64,000 nt of DNA from Acidobacteriota bacterium. GTDB taxonomy: Bacteria; Acidobacteriota; UBA6911. Shown here piece after piece: positions 1 to 10,527 of this stretch. The notes beneath the pieces were generated by a model. It saw nothing but the letters and a program-made list of their open reading frames with translations. It made no database searches and was not told the DNA's origin. Made by a program: the position numbers and the translations under genes. Where the stretch lies: positions 1,056,001 to 1,120,000 of the forward strand of contig OY761556.1 of NCBI GenBank assembly GCA_963664705.1. Reading direction: 5' to 3'. How positions within the stretch are numbered: position 1 is the first letter of the stretch; every line of letters begins with the position of its first letter.

Positions 1-99
1 TCCCTCAGCTTATCGATCATTTTGTTCGCCTTCACGGTGTCAGGGGGGAGATGGGTAAGCATCTCGGGAATTCGCCGTGCGAAGTGTAAAAAATGCCGT

Positions 100-753
100 T
101 TATGGTTTCAGCGACTTTACCTTCTCCCAATCCTTCAAAAACCTCTCGAGCCCGATGTCCGTCAGGGGGTGATTCAGAAGTTGTTCGAGAACCTTGAACG
201 GCATCGTCGCGACATCTGCGCCCAGCAGCGCCGCTTCCCGGATGTGCAACGGGTTCCGGCAACTGGCCACCAGGATCTCGGTTGCAAAAGCATAGTTTTC
301 GAAAATCTGCACAAGATCGGCAACCAGGCTCATCCCGACTTCGCTGATGTCGTCAAACCGGCCCACGAACGGGGACACATAGGTTGCGCCGAGTTTGGCT
401 GCAATCAAAGCCTGGTTGCAGTTGAAAATCAGGGTGACGTTGGTTTTGATCCCGTCTTTGGAAAGTTGCTTGAGCGCCTTCATCCCTTCTTTGATCATCG
501 GGATTTTGATGACGATGTTGTCGTGAAGCTTGGCCAGTTCGTAGGCTTCCTTCAACATGCCGGCGGCGTCGGTGCTTACAACCTCTGCGCTGATCGGTCC
601 GTCAACGATCTTGGTGATTTCGAGGATAATATCCTTGAATGCGCGTCCCTCTTTGCTTACCAGGGATGGGTTTGTGGTGACTCCATCGATGAGACCATAA
701 TCAGCGGCATGACGGATTTCGTCGATATTTGCGGTATCCAAGAAAAATTTCAT
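100..753 (-). CDS. fsa: Transaldolase / fructose-6-phosphate aldolase family (TalC-type)
   Basis: [17 protein letters not shown], Schiff-base [19 protein letters not shown] motifs; 217 aa. Confidence 0.93.
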   Translation of the reverse strand: MKFFLDTANIDEIRHAADYGLIDGVTTNPSLVSKEGRAFKDIILEITKIVDGPISAEVVSTDAAGMLKEAYELAKLHDNIVIKIPMIKEGMKALKQLSKDGIKTNVTLIFNCNQALIAAKLGATYVSPFVGRFDDISEVGMSLVADLVQIFENYAFATEILVASCRNPLHIREAALLGADVATMPFKVLEQLLNHPLTDIGLERFLKDWEKVKSLKP

Positions 754-872
754 AGGTGCTCTCTCCCTTACAAAGTTGAATATTATAAGAAATTTCGTGT
801 CGTGTCAGGTAAAACGGCGAGAGCCTGTGAATTGGCCGGAGTTCTCAATTCGACAAAGGTTCGCCTGCAGTC

Positions 873-2009
873 CTAGCGCTGCTCCGAATCTGCCTTTAAC
901 GGCGGGCTCGCATTGCCATAGGCGTCGACCGCCTGGATCTCATACTCGTATTGTTTATCCGGCTCCATGCCCGTGTCCCTGAAGCTCAAACCTCGAACCA
1001 GTTCGGGTTGAATCGCCCGGCGTTCGGATGTCCCTTTTTCTCTCCGATACAGGCGATATCCTGCAACGTCTGCTGATGGTGACGGCTCCCAAAGCAGGAC
1101 AATCGCATTTCCCTGGATCAGGGCGCTGAAATCGGCGGGAGGCTCCGGCGGGAAAACATCCTTCGTGCTAATGGATACGGGCGGCGAGGGAAGGCTTTCC
1201 GGATACGGTTGGTGTAGGCTTCCCACGGTGGTAATGGCGTAGTAATACGTTGTTTCAAACCTGAAATTCGTATCTTCGAATGCCGTTGAAGTCACTGGGT
1301 TTGCGTTCAGGGGGGACACCGGAAATTTTTTTGGGTCTTCCGTTCGGTAGATATTATAGCCGGCATTTCGCGGTGGCACCGATCCGTCCATGTTTTCAGC
1401 GGGAACGGCCCATTGAATCTGGATCGAGCCCTGTGTGCCTCTAAGGGCAATCCCGCCGGGAGGGGGCGGAATCGGCACAGGGGTAATGGCTGCCTGGTTG
1501 CTCAAGCCGGCGCTCTGGTTTTTTTTGTTCACGAATAGAACCGCATAGCGGTAGGCGTGAGAAAACATTTCCGATGGAGGGGGAGGGAACCGGTCCTGAA
1601 ATATGTACCGGTTATCCACTAGAATCTCCGCCAATTTCGGAGCATCGAGAGACAGAATCCGATTGGCCGGCTGCAGAAACTGCAGCTCAGCGGATCCGGT
1701 TTGCGAGACTGTCGGGTTCTCGGTCAAACGGTACACCTCGATGCGCCCAAGGATCACAGGCGTCGATCCGTTCGTGTTGGCTTCCGGCTTTGAGACGGAC
1801 AGGACGATGTGATCGGATACCTGCCGCACGGCCAGATCTGTTGCGGCTTTCGGAATGCGGATTTCTGGAGCGCGAGGCTCCGCAATCTTGGCGCATCCGG
1901 CATTCGCGATCAGAATCCCGAGTATCAGAAAAAGGAAAAAGCACGCCCCTGTTTCGGAGGGACCTTTTCCACGGGTTCGAAAACGGCGATGAGGCATGAG
2001 ACCTTGCAT
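873..2009 (-). CDS. Putative lipoprotein with fibronectin type III-like domains
   Basis: Hydrophobic stretch ending in lipobox-like NAG-C; two FN3-like repeats (W...GYNIYR...FED...TYYYAITTV and W...GYRLYR...FRD...YEYEIQAVD). Confidence 0.7.
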   Translation of the reverse strand: MQGLMPHRRFRTRGKGPSETGACFFLFLILGILIANAGCAKIAEPRAPEIRIPKAATDLAVRQVSDHIVLSVSKPEANTNGSTPVILGRIEVYRLTENPTVSQTGSAELQFLQPANRILSLDAPKLAEILVDNRYIFQDRFPPPPSEMFSHAYRYAVLFVNKKNQSAGLSNQAAITPVPIPPPPGGIALRGTQGSIQIQWAVPAENMDGSVPPRNAGYNIYRTEDPKKFPVSPLNANPVTSTAFEDTNFRFETTYYYAITTVGSLHQPYPESLPSPPVSISTKDVFPPEPPADFSALIQGNAIVLLWEPSPSADVAGYRLYRREKGTSERRAIQPELVRGLSFRDTGMEPDKQYEYEIQAVDAYGNASPPLKADSEQR

Positions 2010-3406
2010 TAGAGAATATACCGGCTCAAGTCCCTGTCCCGCGCGATGCCGTCAAGTTTCCGGCGGACATACTCTGCATTGATGCGGATTTCGCGGGGAT
2101 TGCGTTGTTTTCCTTCGAATGAGACATCTTCCAGGAGCGCTTCCATGATGGTGTGCAGTCGGCGCGCGCCGATGTTTTCTGCACTTTCGTTCACCATGCA
2201 GGCCAGCCGGGATATTTCGCGGATGGCATCGGCGGTGAAACGAAGCTTCAGCCCTTCAGTTCCCAGCAATGCCGTGTATTGTTTGATCAGAGCATTCTTC
2301 GGCTCCTGGAGGATGCGCGAAAAATCCTCTTCACTCAGAGGATTCAGTTCTACTCGAATGGGGAATCTTCCCTGCAATTCCGGGATGAGGTCCGTCGGCT
2401 TGGAAACATGAAACGCGCCGGCCGCGATGAATAAAATGTGGTCGGTTCGCACCATGCCGTAGCGTGTGTTTACGGTCGTGCCTTCTATTATCGGGAGAAT
2501 ATCCCGTTGTACGCCCTCTCGACTGACATCCGGTCCATGGCCGGCTTCACGCCCGGCAATCTTGTCGATTTCGTCGAGAAATATGATCCCTCGTTGTTCT
2601 ACTCGATCCAGTGCAAGCCGGGCGACCTGCTCCATGTCGACCAGCTTTTGTTCCTCCTCCTGCATCACATACTCAGCGGCCTCATCCACCGGCACCCGGC
2701 GTTTTTTCGATTTGCCTTCAATCATGCCGGAGAGGAGATCCCGCATGTTGAATTGGAGCTCTTCGATGCTGGATCCTTCGAAGAACTGGAGCGATATCGG
2801 GTTCATGGGATGCTCCCGTATTTCCAGTTCGATAATTCGTTTGTCGAGTTTGCCGGAACGAAGCTGTTTGCGCAGCTTCTCCCGCATTGCTTCAATGCGG
2901 GCGAGATCCCGGCTTTCCAGCTTGGTCCCGTCGCCAGGGACATTCTGCAGAGCTGCCAGGAGCATATCGAGCAGGCGTTCTTCCGCGTTTTGCTCGGCTT
3001 TTTCCTCGATTTCGTTGATTTTCTCCAGCCGGACCATGTCGACGGCGATCTCCACCAGGTCTCGAACCATGGATTCAACATCCCGGCCGACATAGCCGAT
3101 TTCCGTGAATTTCGTTGCTTCCACCTTTAGAAATGGCGAGTTTGCCAGCCGGGCGAGTCTGCGGGCGATTTCTGTTTTGCCCACGCCGGTCGGCCCCATC
3201 ATGATGATGTTCTTGGGGGCGATTTCCTCCGCCATTTCTTCATCAAGCTTCTGCCGACGCATCCGGTTGCGCAGCGCGATGGCCACCGCCTTTTTTGCCG
3301 CCTGCTGGCCTACAACATACCGGTCAAGTTCCTCGACGATTTCCTTGGGGGCCATGTCGTCCAAGCCGTGGCCGGGTCTTTTTTTGCGTTTCCCGAATTC
3401 TTGCAT
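2009..3406 (-). CDS. hslU: ATP-dependent protease ATPase subunit HslU
   Basis: PKNIIMMGPTGVGKTEIARRLA Walker A, FLDEIDKI, GVQRDILP, ENIGARRLHT. Confidence 0.97.
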   Translation of the reverse strand: MQEFGKRKKRPGHGLDDMAPKEIVEELDRYVVGQQAAKKAVAIALRNRMRRQKLDEEMAEEIAPKNIIMMGPTGVGKTEIARRLARLANSPFLKVEATKFTEIGYVGRDVESMVRDLVEIAVDMVRLEKINEIEEKAEQNAEERLLDMLLAALQNVPGDGTKLESRDLARIEAMREKLRKQLRSGKLDKRIIELEIREHPMNPISLQFFEGSSIEELQFNMRDLLSGMIEGKSKKRRVPVDEAAEYVMQEEEQKLVDMEQVARLALDRVEQRGIIFLDEIDKIAGREAGHGPDVSREGVQRDILPIIEGTTVNTRYGMVRTDHILFIAAGAFHVSKPTDLIPELQGRFPIRVELNPLSEEDFSRILQEPKNALIKQYTALLGTEGLKLRFTADAIREISRLACMVNESAENIGARRLHTIMEALLEDVSFEGKQRNPREIRINAEYVRRKLDGIARDRDLSRYIL

Positions 3407-3522
3407 CAAATCTCGCTATGGAGGAGTTTCTTGCCGCCGCTGGGGTGAATCCTCAAGGCCGGCAGGAATTCCATCCGGAATAGGGTAATTGATCAGGCGT
3501 GCCGTCGGTTACAAGGGACGAC

Positions 3523-4068
3523 CTATATTTCTTCCACAATAATTTCGTTATTGGTGAAGATACAAATCTCGCTGGCGATCTTCAGGGACTCCACGGCAAT
3601 CTGTTTGGCTGAAAGCTTGGTGTGGCGTGTCAATGCGCGCGCTGCCGATAACGCGTAGACGCCGCCGGATCCGGCCGCCAGAATTCCATCGTCGGGCTCG
3701 ATCACGTCTCCCGTTCCGGAAAGCAGGTAGGTGGACTTGCCGTCCGTTGCCAGCAGGAGCGCTTCCAGATGACGAAGGGCGCGGTCTGTACGCCATTCTT
3801 GGGCGAGTTCTACGGCTGCGCGGCTCAGATTGCCCTGGAATTGCTCCAGTTTGACTTCGAGCCTCGAAAATAGCGCAAATGCGTCCGCCGTCGAGCCGGC
3901 AAATCCTACGAGAACCCGATCGTTATAAACCCGCCGTATCTTTCGAGCGCTCTGTTTGATGATCGTGTCACCGAGAGACACCTGCCCGTCTCCGGCAATC
4001 ACCACATGATTACCTTTTTTGACCAATAGAATTGTCGTGCCGTGAAAAGCATTATTTTCAGGATTCAT
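3523..4068 (-). CDS. hslV: ATP-dependent protease peptidase subunit HslV
   Basis: HG-TTI N-terminal nucleophile Thr, [19 protein letters not shown]; start moved to ATG 4068. Confidence 0.96.
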   Translation of the reverse strand: MNPENNAFHGTTILLVKKGNHVVIAGDGQVSLGDTIIKQSARKIRRVYNDRVLVGFAGSTADAFALFSRLEVKLEQFQGNLSRAAVELAQEWRTDRALRHLEALLLATDGKSTYLLSGTGDVIEPDDGILAAGSGGVYALSAARALTRHTKLSAKQIAVESLKIASEICIFTNNEIIVEEI

Positions 4069-4076
4069 AACGGGGC

Positions 4077-4085
4077 AGTATATCA
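4077..4085 (-). promoter_or_regulatory. Extended -10 element (TG-A-TATACT) 8 nt upstream of hslV ATG
   Basis: Minus strand reads tga TATACT gccccgtt ATG; no SD sequence. Confidence 0.5.
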
Positions 4086-4105
4086 AAAAAAAGCGGAGGC
4101 TCCGC
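4085..4105 (-). terminator. Intrinsic terminator after the GDT1 gene
   Basis: gcgga-gcc-tccgc hairpin followed by T8 on the minus strand. Confidence 0.5.
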
Positions 4106-4138
4106 CATTTTCGCGGAGCACGAGCAATCCAGGGGGCC

Positions 4139-4408
4139 CTAATCTTTGAACCATGTCCATATGCCAATGGCAATGAAAAGCAACGAGGCGATCTTGGATA
4201 AGACCGACTGGGGAATATAACGTGTAACTGCCTCTCCGGCTAAAACCGCAATCGCTGTCAACAGGACAAGGGCTGTGGCTCCTCCCAGGAAAATAGACAA
4301 CGGGCTTTTGGAGGATGCTGACATCGTGATCATGGCGATCTGCGTTTTATCCCCGAGTTCCGCAATAAAGAGTGCTACAAATGCAGTGAAAAACTGTTTC
4401 CATACCAT
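4139..4408 (-). CDS. TMEM165/GDT1 (UPF0016) family protein, single-domain form
   Basis: AELGDKTQ signature, three hydrophobic helices; ATG 4408 preceded by AAGGA. Confidence 0.88.
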   Translation of the reverse strand: MVWKQFFTAFVALFIAELGDKTQIAMITMSASSKSPLSIFLGGATALVLLTAIAVLAGEAVTRYIPQSVLSKIASLLFIAIGIWTWFKD

Positions 4409-4541
4409 GGGAAAATCCTTTAAAAAACAAAATGGGCTTATACCCAATCCAACCAAAGCCAGGGAGAGATAATATACGAAAATCACATGGATGGCTTCTT
4501 GCTTCTGGCTCTCAGCTGCTTTAGATTTCGTGTGGGAGCTT

Positions 4542-5735
4542 ATGATGACCAAGAGACTGTATTACAGCGATTCGTATTTGAGGGAATTTCCCGCCACCGT
4601 GATCGATCGGCGGCAGGTGGAAAAGAATATTGCCGCAATTCTGGATGAGACTGCCTTTTATCCGGAATCGGGGGGACAGCCTTACGATACCGGTTTCCTT
4701 GGCGATGTACGGGTGCTCCGCGTCATCGAAAGCGATGCGGGCGAGATTTTGCACGTATTGGAGCGGGAGATTCCCGCCGGCCCTGTCATGGGCCGAATCG
4801 ACTGGGGGCGGCGCTTTGATCACATGCAGCAGCATACCGGGCAGCATATTCTCTCCCAGGCCTTCGTGAATGTGGCCAAGGCACCGACCCTCTCTTTTCA
4901 CATGGGCCAGGATTCATCCACTATTGATGTGGCCATCGCTCAGCCATCTGCCGGCCAAATGGAAGAGGTTCAGGCGCTCGCTTCCGACCTGGTTTTTCAG
5001 AACCGGCCCGTTCATGTGATCTTCACCGATCGCGAAGGACTCAATTCCCTGGGTGTGCGCAAAGAGACCGATCGCGAAGGCGAGATCCGTGTGATCGACG
5101 TGGAAAATTTTGATCGATCTGCCTGTGGGGGAACTCATGTCCGCGACACAGGCGAAATCGGGCTGATTTGCATCCTGGGATTTGAAAAGTATAAAGGCGG
5201 CACTCGGGTGGAGTTTGTTGCCGGCAGCCGCGCATTGCGATCCTATCAACGGGATCATGAAATCCTAAAAAGGCTGAGCCGGTTGCATTCCGCTGCTCCG
5301 GAATCCATCCCGGAAATTACCGAGAAGCTGATACAGGAAAAGACATCTCTGTCGCGCGAAATTGAGAATCTGCGCGGGGAATTGCTGGATGTCGAGGCAA
5401 AGGAGTTGATGGCTGCGGCGCCCAAAGGCCAGACTCCAACAATGATAAGAAAGGTGTACGCGGAGCGGAGCCTGGACAGTGTAAAGGTGCTTGCCCAGAA
5501 GGTTGTGGCTCAACCCAATACTCTCGCGATTTTTGCCATTTCCGATGCCATCCAGGTTGTCGTGGCGCGAAGCAAGGATATGACTGGAAGCTGCAATGAA
5601 GCTGTCAAGCGCGCCATTTCCGAACTGGGCGGAAAAGGAGGCGGGCGACCCGAGTTGGCTCAGGCCGGTGGCTTTTCTGCCGATGCTCTCGATTCCTGGA
5701 TGCTTTCCTTGGAAAGCTATTTTCTGAATCGCTGA
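4542..5735 (+). CDS. Alanyl-tRNA editing protein (AlaX-L type, DHHA1 C-terminus)
   Basis: FYPESGGQPYD, HMQQHTGQH (HxxxH), CGGTHV (CxxxH), GGKGGG. Confidence 0.92.
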   Translation: MMTKRLYYSDSYLREFPATVIDRRQVEKNIAAILDETAFYPESGGQPYDTGFLGDVRVLRVIESDAGEILHVLEREIPAGPVMGRIDWGRRFDHMQQHTGQHILSQAFVNVAKAPTLSFHMGQDSSTIDVAIAQPSAGQMEEVQALASDLVFQNRPVHVIFTDREGLNSLGVRKETDREGEIRVIDVENFDRSACGGTHVRDTGEIGLICILGFEKYKGGTRVEFVAGSRALRSYQRDHEILKRLSRLHSAAPESIPEITEKLIQEKTSLSREIENLRGELLDVEAKELMAAAPKGQTPTMIRKVYAERSLDSVKVLAQKVVAQPNTLAIFAISDAIQVVVARSKDMTGSCNEAVKRAISELGGKGGGRPELAQAGGFSADALDSWMLSLESYFLNR

Positions 5736-5810
5736 GCAGTCCCATCCCGGCTAATGCCGCATATTATTTGCGGAATCCCAGATTTCAAATTTCAGGCCAA
5801 GGGTATTCCT

Positions 5811-6371
5811 TTACCGGGATTCGCGGTCTCGTCTTCGCGCAATGGAACGGCTTCCTATCGGCTCAATTCTCAATACGCGCCAATCATCGCTGAAATCGGG
5901 CGAGCCGAGATTCAGCCGATTCACTTTCAAGACCAGAGCTTCGAAGTCGAACCGCGAGAGCGGGGCCAGCTGAAAATCATCATTTCCTATCCGGATGGAC
6001 GCCCCAAACAGTTGCCGGGCATCGCCGAAATCCCCGTCCAGACGCACGCCAAACGCGGATCTCGGATGGACTGCAATCGATGTTACGCTCATCGGTTGCT
6101 GAAACTGACCGGTTTCAACGGAAATCAAGGTAGGGGATGCTTTGCGATTATCGAGCGATAACCGTATGTCCTTTGCCTGAATTCTGGCTTCTGCATCCGT
6201 CATAGAGACGAAATTGAGCAATGGAACGCCCGGTTTAACAATCTCGATAGTGAGGATGTAGTCGTGATCGACAAAGGCATAACAGGCACTCCTATCAGCC
6301 GGCGGCTTTTCCGTCGGCGCGGGAGCCTGGATAAAAAGAGAAAAACCAATAACCAATAGTAACGGAATCAT
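5811..6371 (-). CDS. Hypothetical secreted protein
   Basis: 186-aa ORF with signal-peptide-like N-terminus, same strand as dacB. Confidence 0.6.
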   Translation of the reverse strand: MIPLLLVIGFSLFIQAPAPTEKPPADRSACYAFVDHDYILTIEIVKPGVPLLNFVSMTDAEARIQAKDIRLSLDNRKASPTLISVETGQFQQPMSVTSIAVHPRSAFGVRLDGDFGDARQLFGASIRIGNDDFQLAPLSRFDFEALVLKVNRLNLGSPDFSDDWRVLRIEPIGSRSIARRRDRESR

Positions 6372-6454
6372 ATTGGGTCCCTGATATATGTTGCATTATC
6401 CTGGCCGGGACCTGCAACCTCAAAGGAGTGGCTTGGGGCGAGGCGGAGTTTTGG

Positions 6455-7957
6455 CTAATTGGGGCTCCGGGCAAATTCGGCCAGCTTCTCAATGGCTTTG
6501 TCCTGAAGCGTCTCTACGATATCTTTTGCGGCCATGGAATTGTTTACCGAAATGGAGAATGCCAGCATTTCCCCATCCGCTGTCTTTACATAGCCGGAAA
6601 TAGTCGAGACATTGGCCATCGAGCCGGTTTTGGCATGCACATTGTTTTTGGTCCGGCTCTTCTTCATTCTATCGGAAAGCGTTCCATCCGTGCCCGCTAT
6701 GGGCAAGGAATCGTAAAAGATCTCGAAATTCTTCTGCTGTCGCATGGATCGGAGCAGCTGAACCAGCGAATCGGCGCTTTCGAGATTCTGCCGTGAGAGA
6801 CCGGACCCATCCGCATACACATAGCTTCCGGTGGGAATTTCCATTTCGGCAAGAGCCTCCTCCACGACCTCTCTGCCTTTGGCGAAGCTTCCTTCTCCCT
6901 TTTGTGTCAAGCCCAGAGCGCGCACCAATGTTTCCGCGTACAGGTTCTGGCTCTTTTTCAAAAGAGGTTTGAGGATGTCGGGGAGGGGAGGCGAATACGT
7001 GCTCCATAGCAACGAATAGGGTGGCGCACTGTAATTGCCCGGTATCGCCAGGCCGGATTTGTTGGCATGGATCCCTTCCTTTGAAAGGGCGCTCTCCACT
7101 GCTGCAAGAAAAAACCGCGTCGGGTGCTGAACCGCCACGCTTTGCACCATGGGTTCACTTTTGATTGGAATCGAGCCGGTTGCGCGGATGCTCTCATCCG
7201 AATCGAGATACTCGATCTGTGGCTCTGCTCCTCCCGGGCCCGATTCGGTCATAATGCGATTGTTGATTGCGAGGTAATCTTCCAGCGGTAGTGCGCGGAT
7301 TATCGCGGGGCTTGCCCTATCCGGGCCAGGCGCAATACGAAGGGAGATGACATTGTCATTGAATTGCAGAGCACAGGCTCGGGCGGCATAAGATCGGGGC
7401 AAGTCGTTCCACTCCCACCCAAAGCCCAGCCCCGGCGCATTGAAGGCGGAATCGTCGCCCAGAATCATTCCCGAGATAGTCCGGATGCCTTTCTCTTTTA
7501 GTGCAGCTGCCCAGTTCTTAAATACGGCAAAAGCATCCCCGTCGTGAAACCTCGGCGAACAGGATGGATCTCCGGAGCCCACGATAATCAGGTTGCCTTC
7601 CAAAACTCCGTCGTGGATTTGCCCATCGGTGAAGGCGCGTGTTTCAAATTTATAGTCGGGCCCCATCCGTACCAATGCAACTGCGGCGGTAATGAGTTTA
7701 TTGGTGGACGCGGGCGTAAACAGCTGTCGTGCGTTTTTCTCGTACAGGACTTCCTGTCGGTCCAGCGACATTACCTTCACGCATATCTGAGCCTGGGCCA
7801 GGCGTGGATCAGAAAAGTTTGCCTCCAGATCGGATCGCAGCTTGAGAATCGCCGGGGGGATGGAAGTTGTCGGCGTTTGCGCCGGGCATCGATGTATCCG
7901 GAGGTTTTCAGTAAAGAAAAGGATCAGGATCGCCAACAGGCAGTTTCGTAAGCGCAT
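6455..7957 (-). CDS. dacB: D-alanyl-D-alanine carboxypeptidase/endopeptidase PBP4 (peptidase S13)
   Basis: PASTNK (SxxK), SQNLYAE (SxN), DGSGLSR, AKTGS (KTG). Confidence 0.95.
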   Translation of the reverse strand: MRLRNCLLAILILFFTENLRIHRCPAQTPTTSIPPAILKLRSDLEANFSDPRLAQAQICVKVMSLDRQEVLYEKNARQLFTPASTNKLITAAVALVRMGPDYKFETRAFTDGQIHDGVLEGNLIIVGSGDPSCSPRFHDGDAFAVFKNWAAALKEKGIRTISGMILGDDSAFNAPGLGFGWEWNDLPRSYAARACALQFNDNVISLRIAPGPDRASPAIIRALPLEDYLAINNRIMTESGPGGAEPQIEYLDSDESIRATGSIPIKSEPMVQSVAVQHPTRFFLAAVESALSKEGIHANKSGLAIPGNYSAPPYSLLWSTYSPPLPDILKPLLKKSQNLYAETLVRALGLTQKGEGSFAKGREVVEEALAEMEIPTGSYVYADGSGLSRQNLESADSLVQLLRSMRQQKNFEIFYDSLPIAGTDGTLSDRMKKSRTKNNVHAKTGSMANVSTISGYVKTADGEMLAFSISVNNSMAAKDIVETLQDKAIEKLAEFARSPN

Positions 7958-7973
7958 GGAAAAGGATTGTACA

Positions 7974-8008
7974 CAAGATGCAGAACGCAGAATACAGAAT
8001 ACAAAGGA
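7974..8008. repeat. Degenerate heptamer tandem repeat (CAGAATA-like)
   Basis: caagatg cagaacg cagaata cagaata caaagga. Confidence 0.55.
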
Positions 8009-8041
8009 TGAAGGGATACGGCAGGGAGATCGGGCGCGCTG

Positions 8042-8680
8042 TCAGCGTTTCAGTATCTTTAAACGGGCAAGAGCCGATTGAACGGTTTCGCCGGTCAAAG
8101 CCTCATATTCCGACGGGGTGTCAATGTCGTTGATAACGGCTGATTCCTCGGTTGCCAGTTCAGCGATTTCAGGCAGGTGCCGGAGGATGATTTTTTTGGG
8201 GCCTTCGTGCAGCGGCGCATCCAAAAACTCCTGGAAGACCGACTGTTGAAGGATTGCAGGGTGCCCTCTCCTGTCTCCGTGCCTGGGAAAAACCATCCGA
8301 CAGTTTGCCCGGATATAAAGCTGCACCAGATCTCGAACGAGAGTCTCAGATACCGCGGGCTGGTCGACCGGCCAGATCATGGCGGCCTCCGTGCCGGAGG
8401 ACAGGCTGGAAATGCCCACCTGGATGGATGATAGCTGTCCCCGGTCCGGGTCGTGATTGACGCGGATGGATACCGACGAATTATGGACTGTCGGTGCGAT
8501 TATATCTGCGCTGCGTCCCAGAATTATCACAGGATTGCCCAATCCGACTTTATGAACGGTTGTCAGGATATGGGCCAGAAATGTTGTTGTTCCCAAAGGG
8601 AGAAGCGCTTTGGGGTACCCCATGCGGGTGGAATCCCCGGCGGCAAGAATGATCGGTGTGATGGAATCGAAGGAGCGCAT
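8042..8680 (-). CDS. Nucleotidyltransferase, MocA/YgfJ family
   Basis: IILAAGDSTRMGYPKALL, GQLSSI, PVDQP, RRGHP, DIDTP. Confidence 0.88.
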   Translation of the reverse strand: MRSFDSITPIILAAGDSTRMGYPKALLPLGTTTFLAHILTTVHKVGLGNPVIILGRSADIIAPTVHNSSVSIRVNHDPDRGQLSSIQVGISSLSSGTEAAMIWPVDQPAVSETLVRDLVQLYIRANCRMVFPRHGDRRGHPAILQQSVFQEFLDAPLHEGPKKIILRHLPEIAELATEESAVINDIDTPSEYEALTGETVQSALARLKILKR

Positions 8681-8756
8681 GACTGCTGCAGGATACTGGA
8701 TGGGGGAGGCCGGATACAAGGTTCGGTCGTACCGAACTTGTATCCGGCTCACCAGG

Positions 8757-10358
8757 CTAATCTACGTCGGCGGTTCTGGAAAAGGGAAGCACAGCCTGGA
8801 GCCGTTCCACCGAGCTCCACAGCGAAGATCGCTTCAAGCTCTGAGCAAGGCCCCACAGACCGGTATAGAGGTATCCCCAAACGAACAGCAGCAGGAAAGG
8901 AATTACTCCATAGATCCCGAGGTCGAATGCGTAGAGCGTGACAAAGAGGAAGTAAAGTCCGAATGTGATTTCAAGAATAGTCGTGAAGCTGATATCGCCA
9001 CGGTACTTCTTGCTCATCCACTCTCCTTTGTTTCCCGCCACGGAGAATTTGGGTGTGCGGATAAATGCCGATTTGATACCGAACGCTCCCTCAAGAACCG
9101 CCTTGGATCCCGGGATTGTCATGCCAATCCCTACGGCCATCAGCCCAGGCAGGTAGGCGATGCGTTTCAGCCAATCCTTATGCAGTGCCTTCTGCGACGT
9201 GATGTAGAAAGTGGAAACACTGCTGAATGAAAGAATGAAAAGGGGCAGGTCGATCGTTAAAAGCTGAAACCAACCCTGGTTATATCGCACAACCAGTGCC
9301 GGGAAGAGAATCAGCGACAGGATCACCATCAGGGGATAGCTGATGTTTCCCGTAAGGTGATACCAGGTTTCCATCTTTTCGCCCGCATCAAAATTGCCCT
9401 TGAGGACCTTTACCAGCACCTTTTTGCAGGTCTGCATGGCTCCTTTAGCCCAACGACACTGTTGTGCCTTAAAGGACTGGATTTCAACCGGAAGCTCAGC
9501 GGGGACCGTCAGATCCGGAACAAAGACAAACTTCCAACCCTTCATCTGTGCGCGATAGCTTAAATCGAGATCCTCGGTCAGGGTATCGTGTTCCCAACCG
9601 CCGGCTTCCTCGATTGCCTTGCGCCGAAGGATTCCCGCAGTGCCGTTGAAATTAAAGAAGCGGCCGCTCAGGAACCGCGTAAAGCTTTCAAGAATAAAGT
9701 GACCATCGAGGAAGATGGCCTGGGTTCTGGTAAGAAACGAATATTCGCGGTTCAGGTGTTCCCACCGTCCCTGAACCATCCCAACTTTGGGGTCTGTAAA
9801 ATAATGAACGGATCGATGAAGGAAATCCGGTTCCGGGATAAAATCCACGTCAAAGACGGCAACGAATTCACCTTTGGCCGTCTTCAGTCCGTTTTCCAGC
9901 GCGCCGGCTTTGAAGCCGGTCCGGTCTACTCTATGAATATAATCAATGTCAACGCCCTGTTCGCGCCAGCGCTCGACTGCGTTGCGCGCGATCTTTTGCG
10001 TTTCGTCCGTTGAATCATCCAGCACCTGAATATCCAGCTTGTCTGCCGGGTAATCGAAGGCACATACGGCGTCGATCACCCGTTCGATTACATACATTTC
10101 GTTGTAAGCGGGAACCTGGACGGTGACCCGGGGCATTTCTTCGAATCGGGCTTTTGGTGCGAGGTCTCTCTTATGATATTTGTGGAATAAATACACCATG
10201 ATGTAACGATGGAGACCGTAAAAGCTGAGAATCCCAAGGATAACGAAATAGGCGGTCACGATGAACAAATCAAAATTGTCCATCTGGTATAGATACGAAA
10301 TATTGCCGCTGCGCAGGAATTTCTCGTACGGCGCTGCCGAGGAACCAAAGAAATGCAT
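8757..10358 (-). CDS. Processive GT2 glycosyltransferase (CslA/cellulose-synthase-like)
   Basis: QVLDDSTD, GFKAGAL, FDVDF, TEDLD, QQCRWAKG (QxxRW), C-terminal TM helices; start at ATG 10358 after GGGGAGA. Confidence 0.9.
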   Translation of the reverse strand: MHFFGSSAAPYEKFLRSGNISYLYQMDNFDLFIVTAYFVILGILSFYGLHRYIMVYLFHKYHKRDLAPKARFEEMPRVTVQVPAYNEMYVIERVIDAVCAFDYPADKLDIQVLDDSTDETQKIARNAVERWREQGVDIDYIHRVDRTGFKAGALENGLKTAKGEFVAVFDVDFIPEPDFLHRSVHYFTDPKVGMVQGRWEHLNREYSFLTRTQAIFLDGHFILESFTRFLSGRFFNFNGTAGILRRKAIEEAGGWEHDTLTEDLDLSYRAQMKGWKFVFVPDLTVPAELPVEIQSFKAQQCRWAKGAMQTCKKVLVKVLKGNFDAGEKMETWYHLTGNISYPLMVILSLILFPALVVRYNQGWFQLLTIDLPLFILSFSSVSTFYITSQKALHKDWLKRIAYLPGLMAVGIGMTIPGSKAVLEGAFGIKSAFIRTPKFSVAGNKGEWMSKKYRGDISFTTILEITFGLYFLFVTLYAFDLGIYGVIPFLLLFVWGYLYTGLWGLAQSLKRSSLWSSVERLQAVLPFSRTADVD

Positions 10359-10527
10359 AATCTCCCCCAAAGTGTCGGGCAGAGTGTAGACGACGGGAGG
10401 TCGGGTGTTGTCACCAGAATGTCCTAAATTGTAATCAAATGTAATGATCGGAACATCCTGTGCATATTTGGATTTAGGGTACTTCTTGCAGCGCGGTACC
10501 CTGTATAATGGCAGGCGGAGATAGGAA

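Noticed and set aside
3423-3472. hslV-hslU intergenic hairpin as an RNA thermometer
   Set aside because: Its G-U pairs work on the plus strand and become mismatches in the mRNA; no SD sequestration evident
4352-4380. CIRCE element upstream of hslVU
   Set aside because: Only a GAGTGCTA half-site inside a coding region; no TTAGCACTC arm
4409-4541. Possible yybP-ykoY (Mn) riboswitch upstream of the GDT1 gene
   Set aside because: The conserved AAAGGGGAGUAGC-type core is not visible on the minus strand
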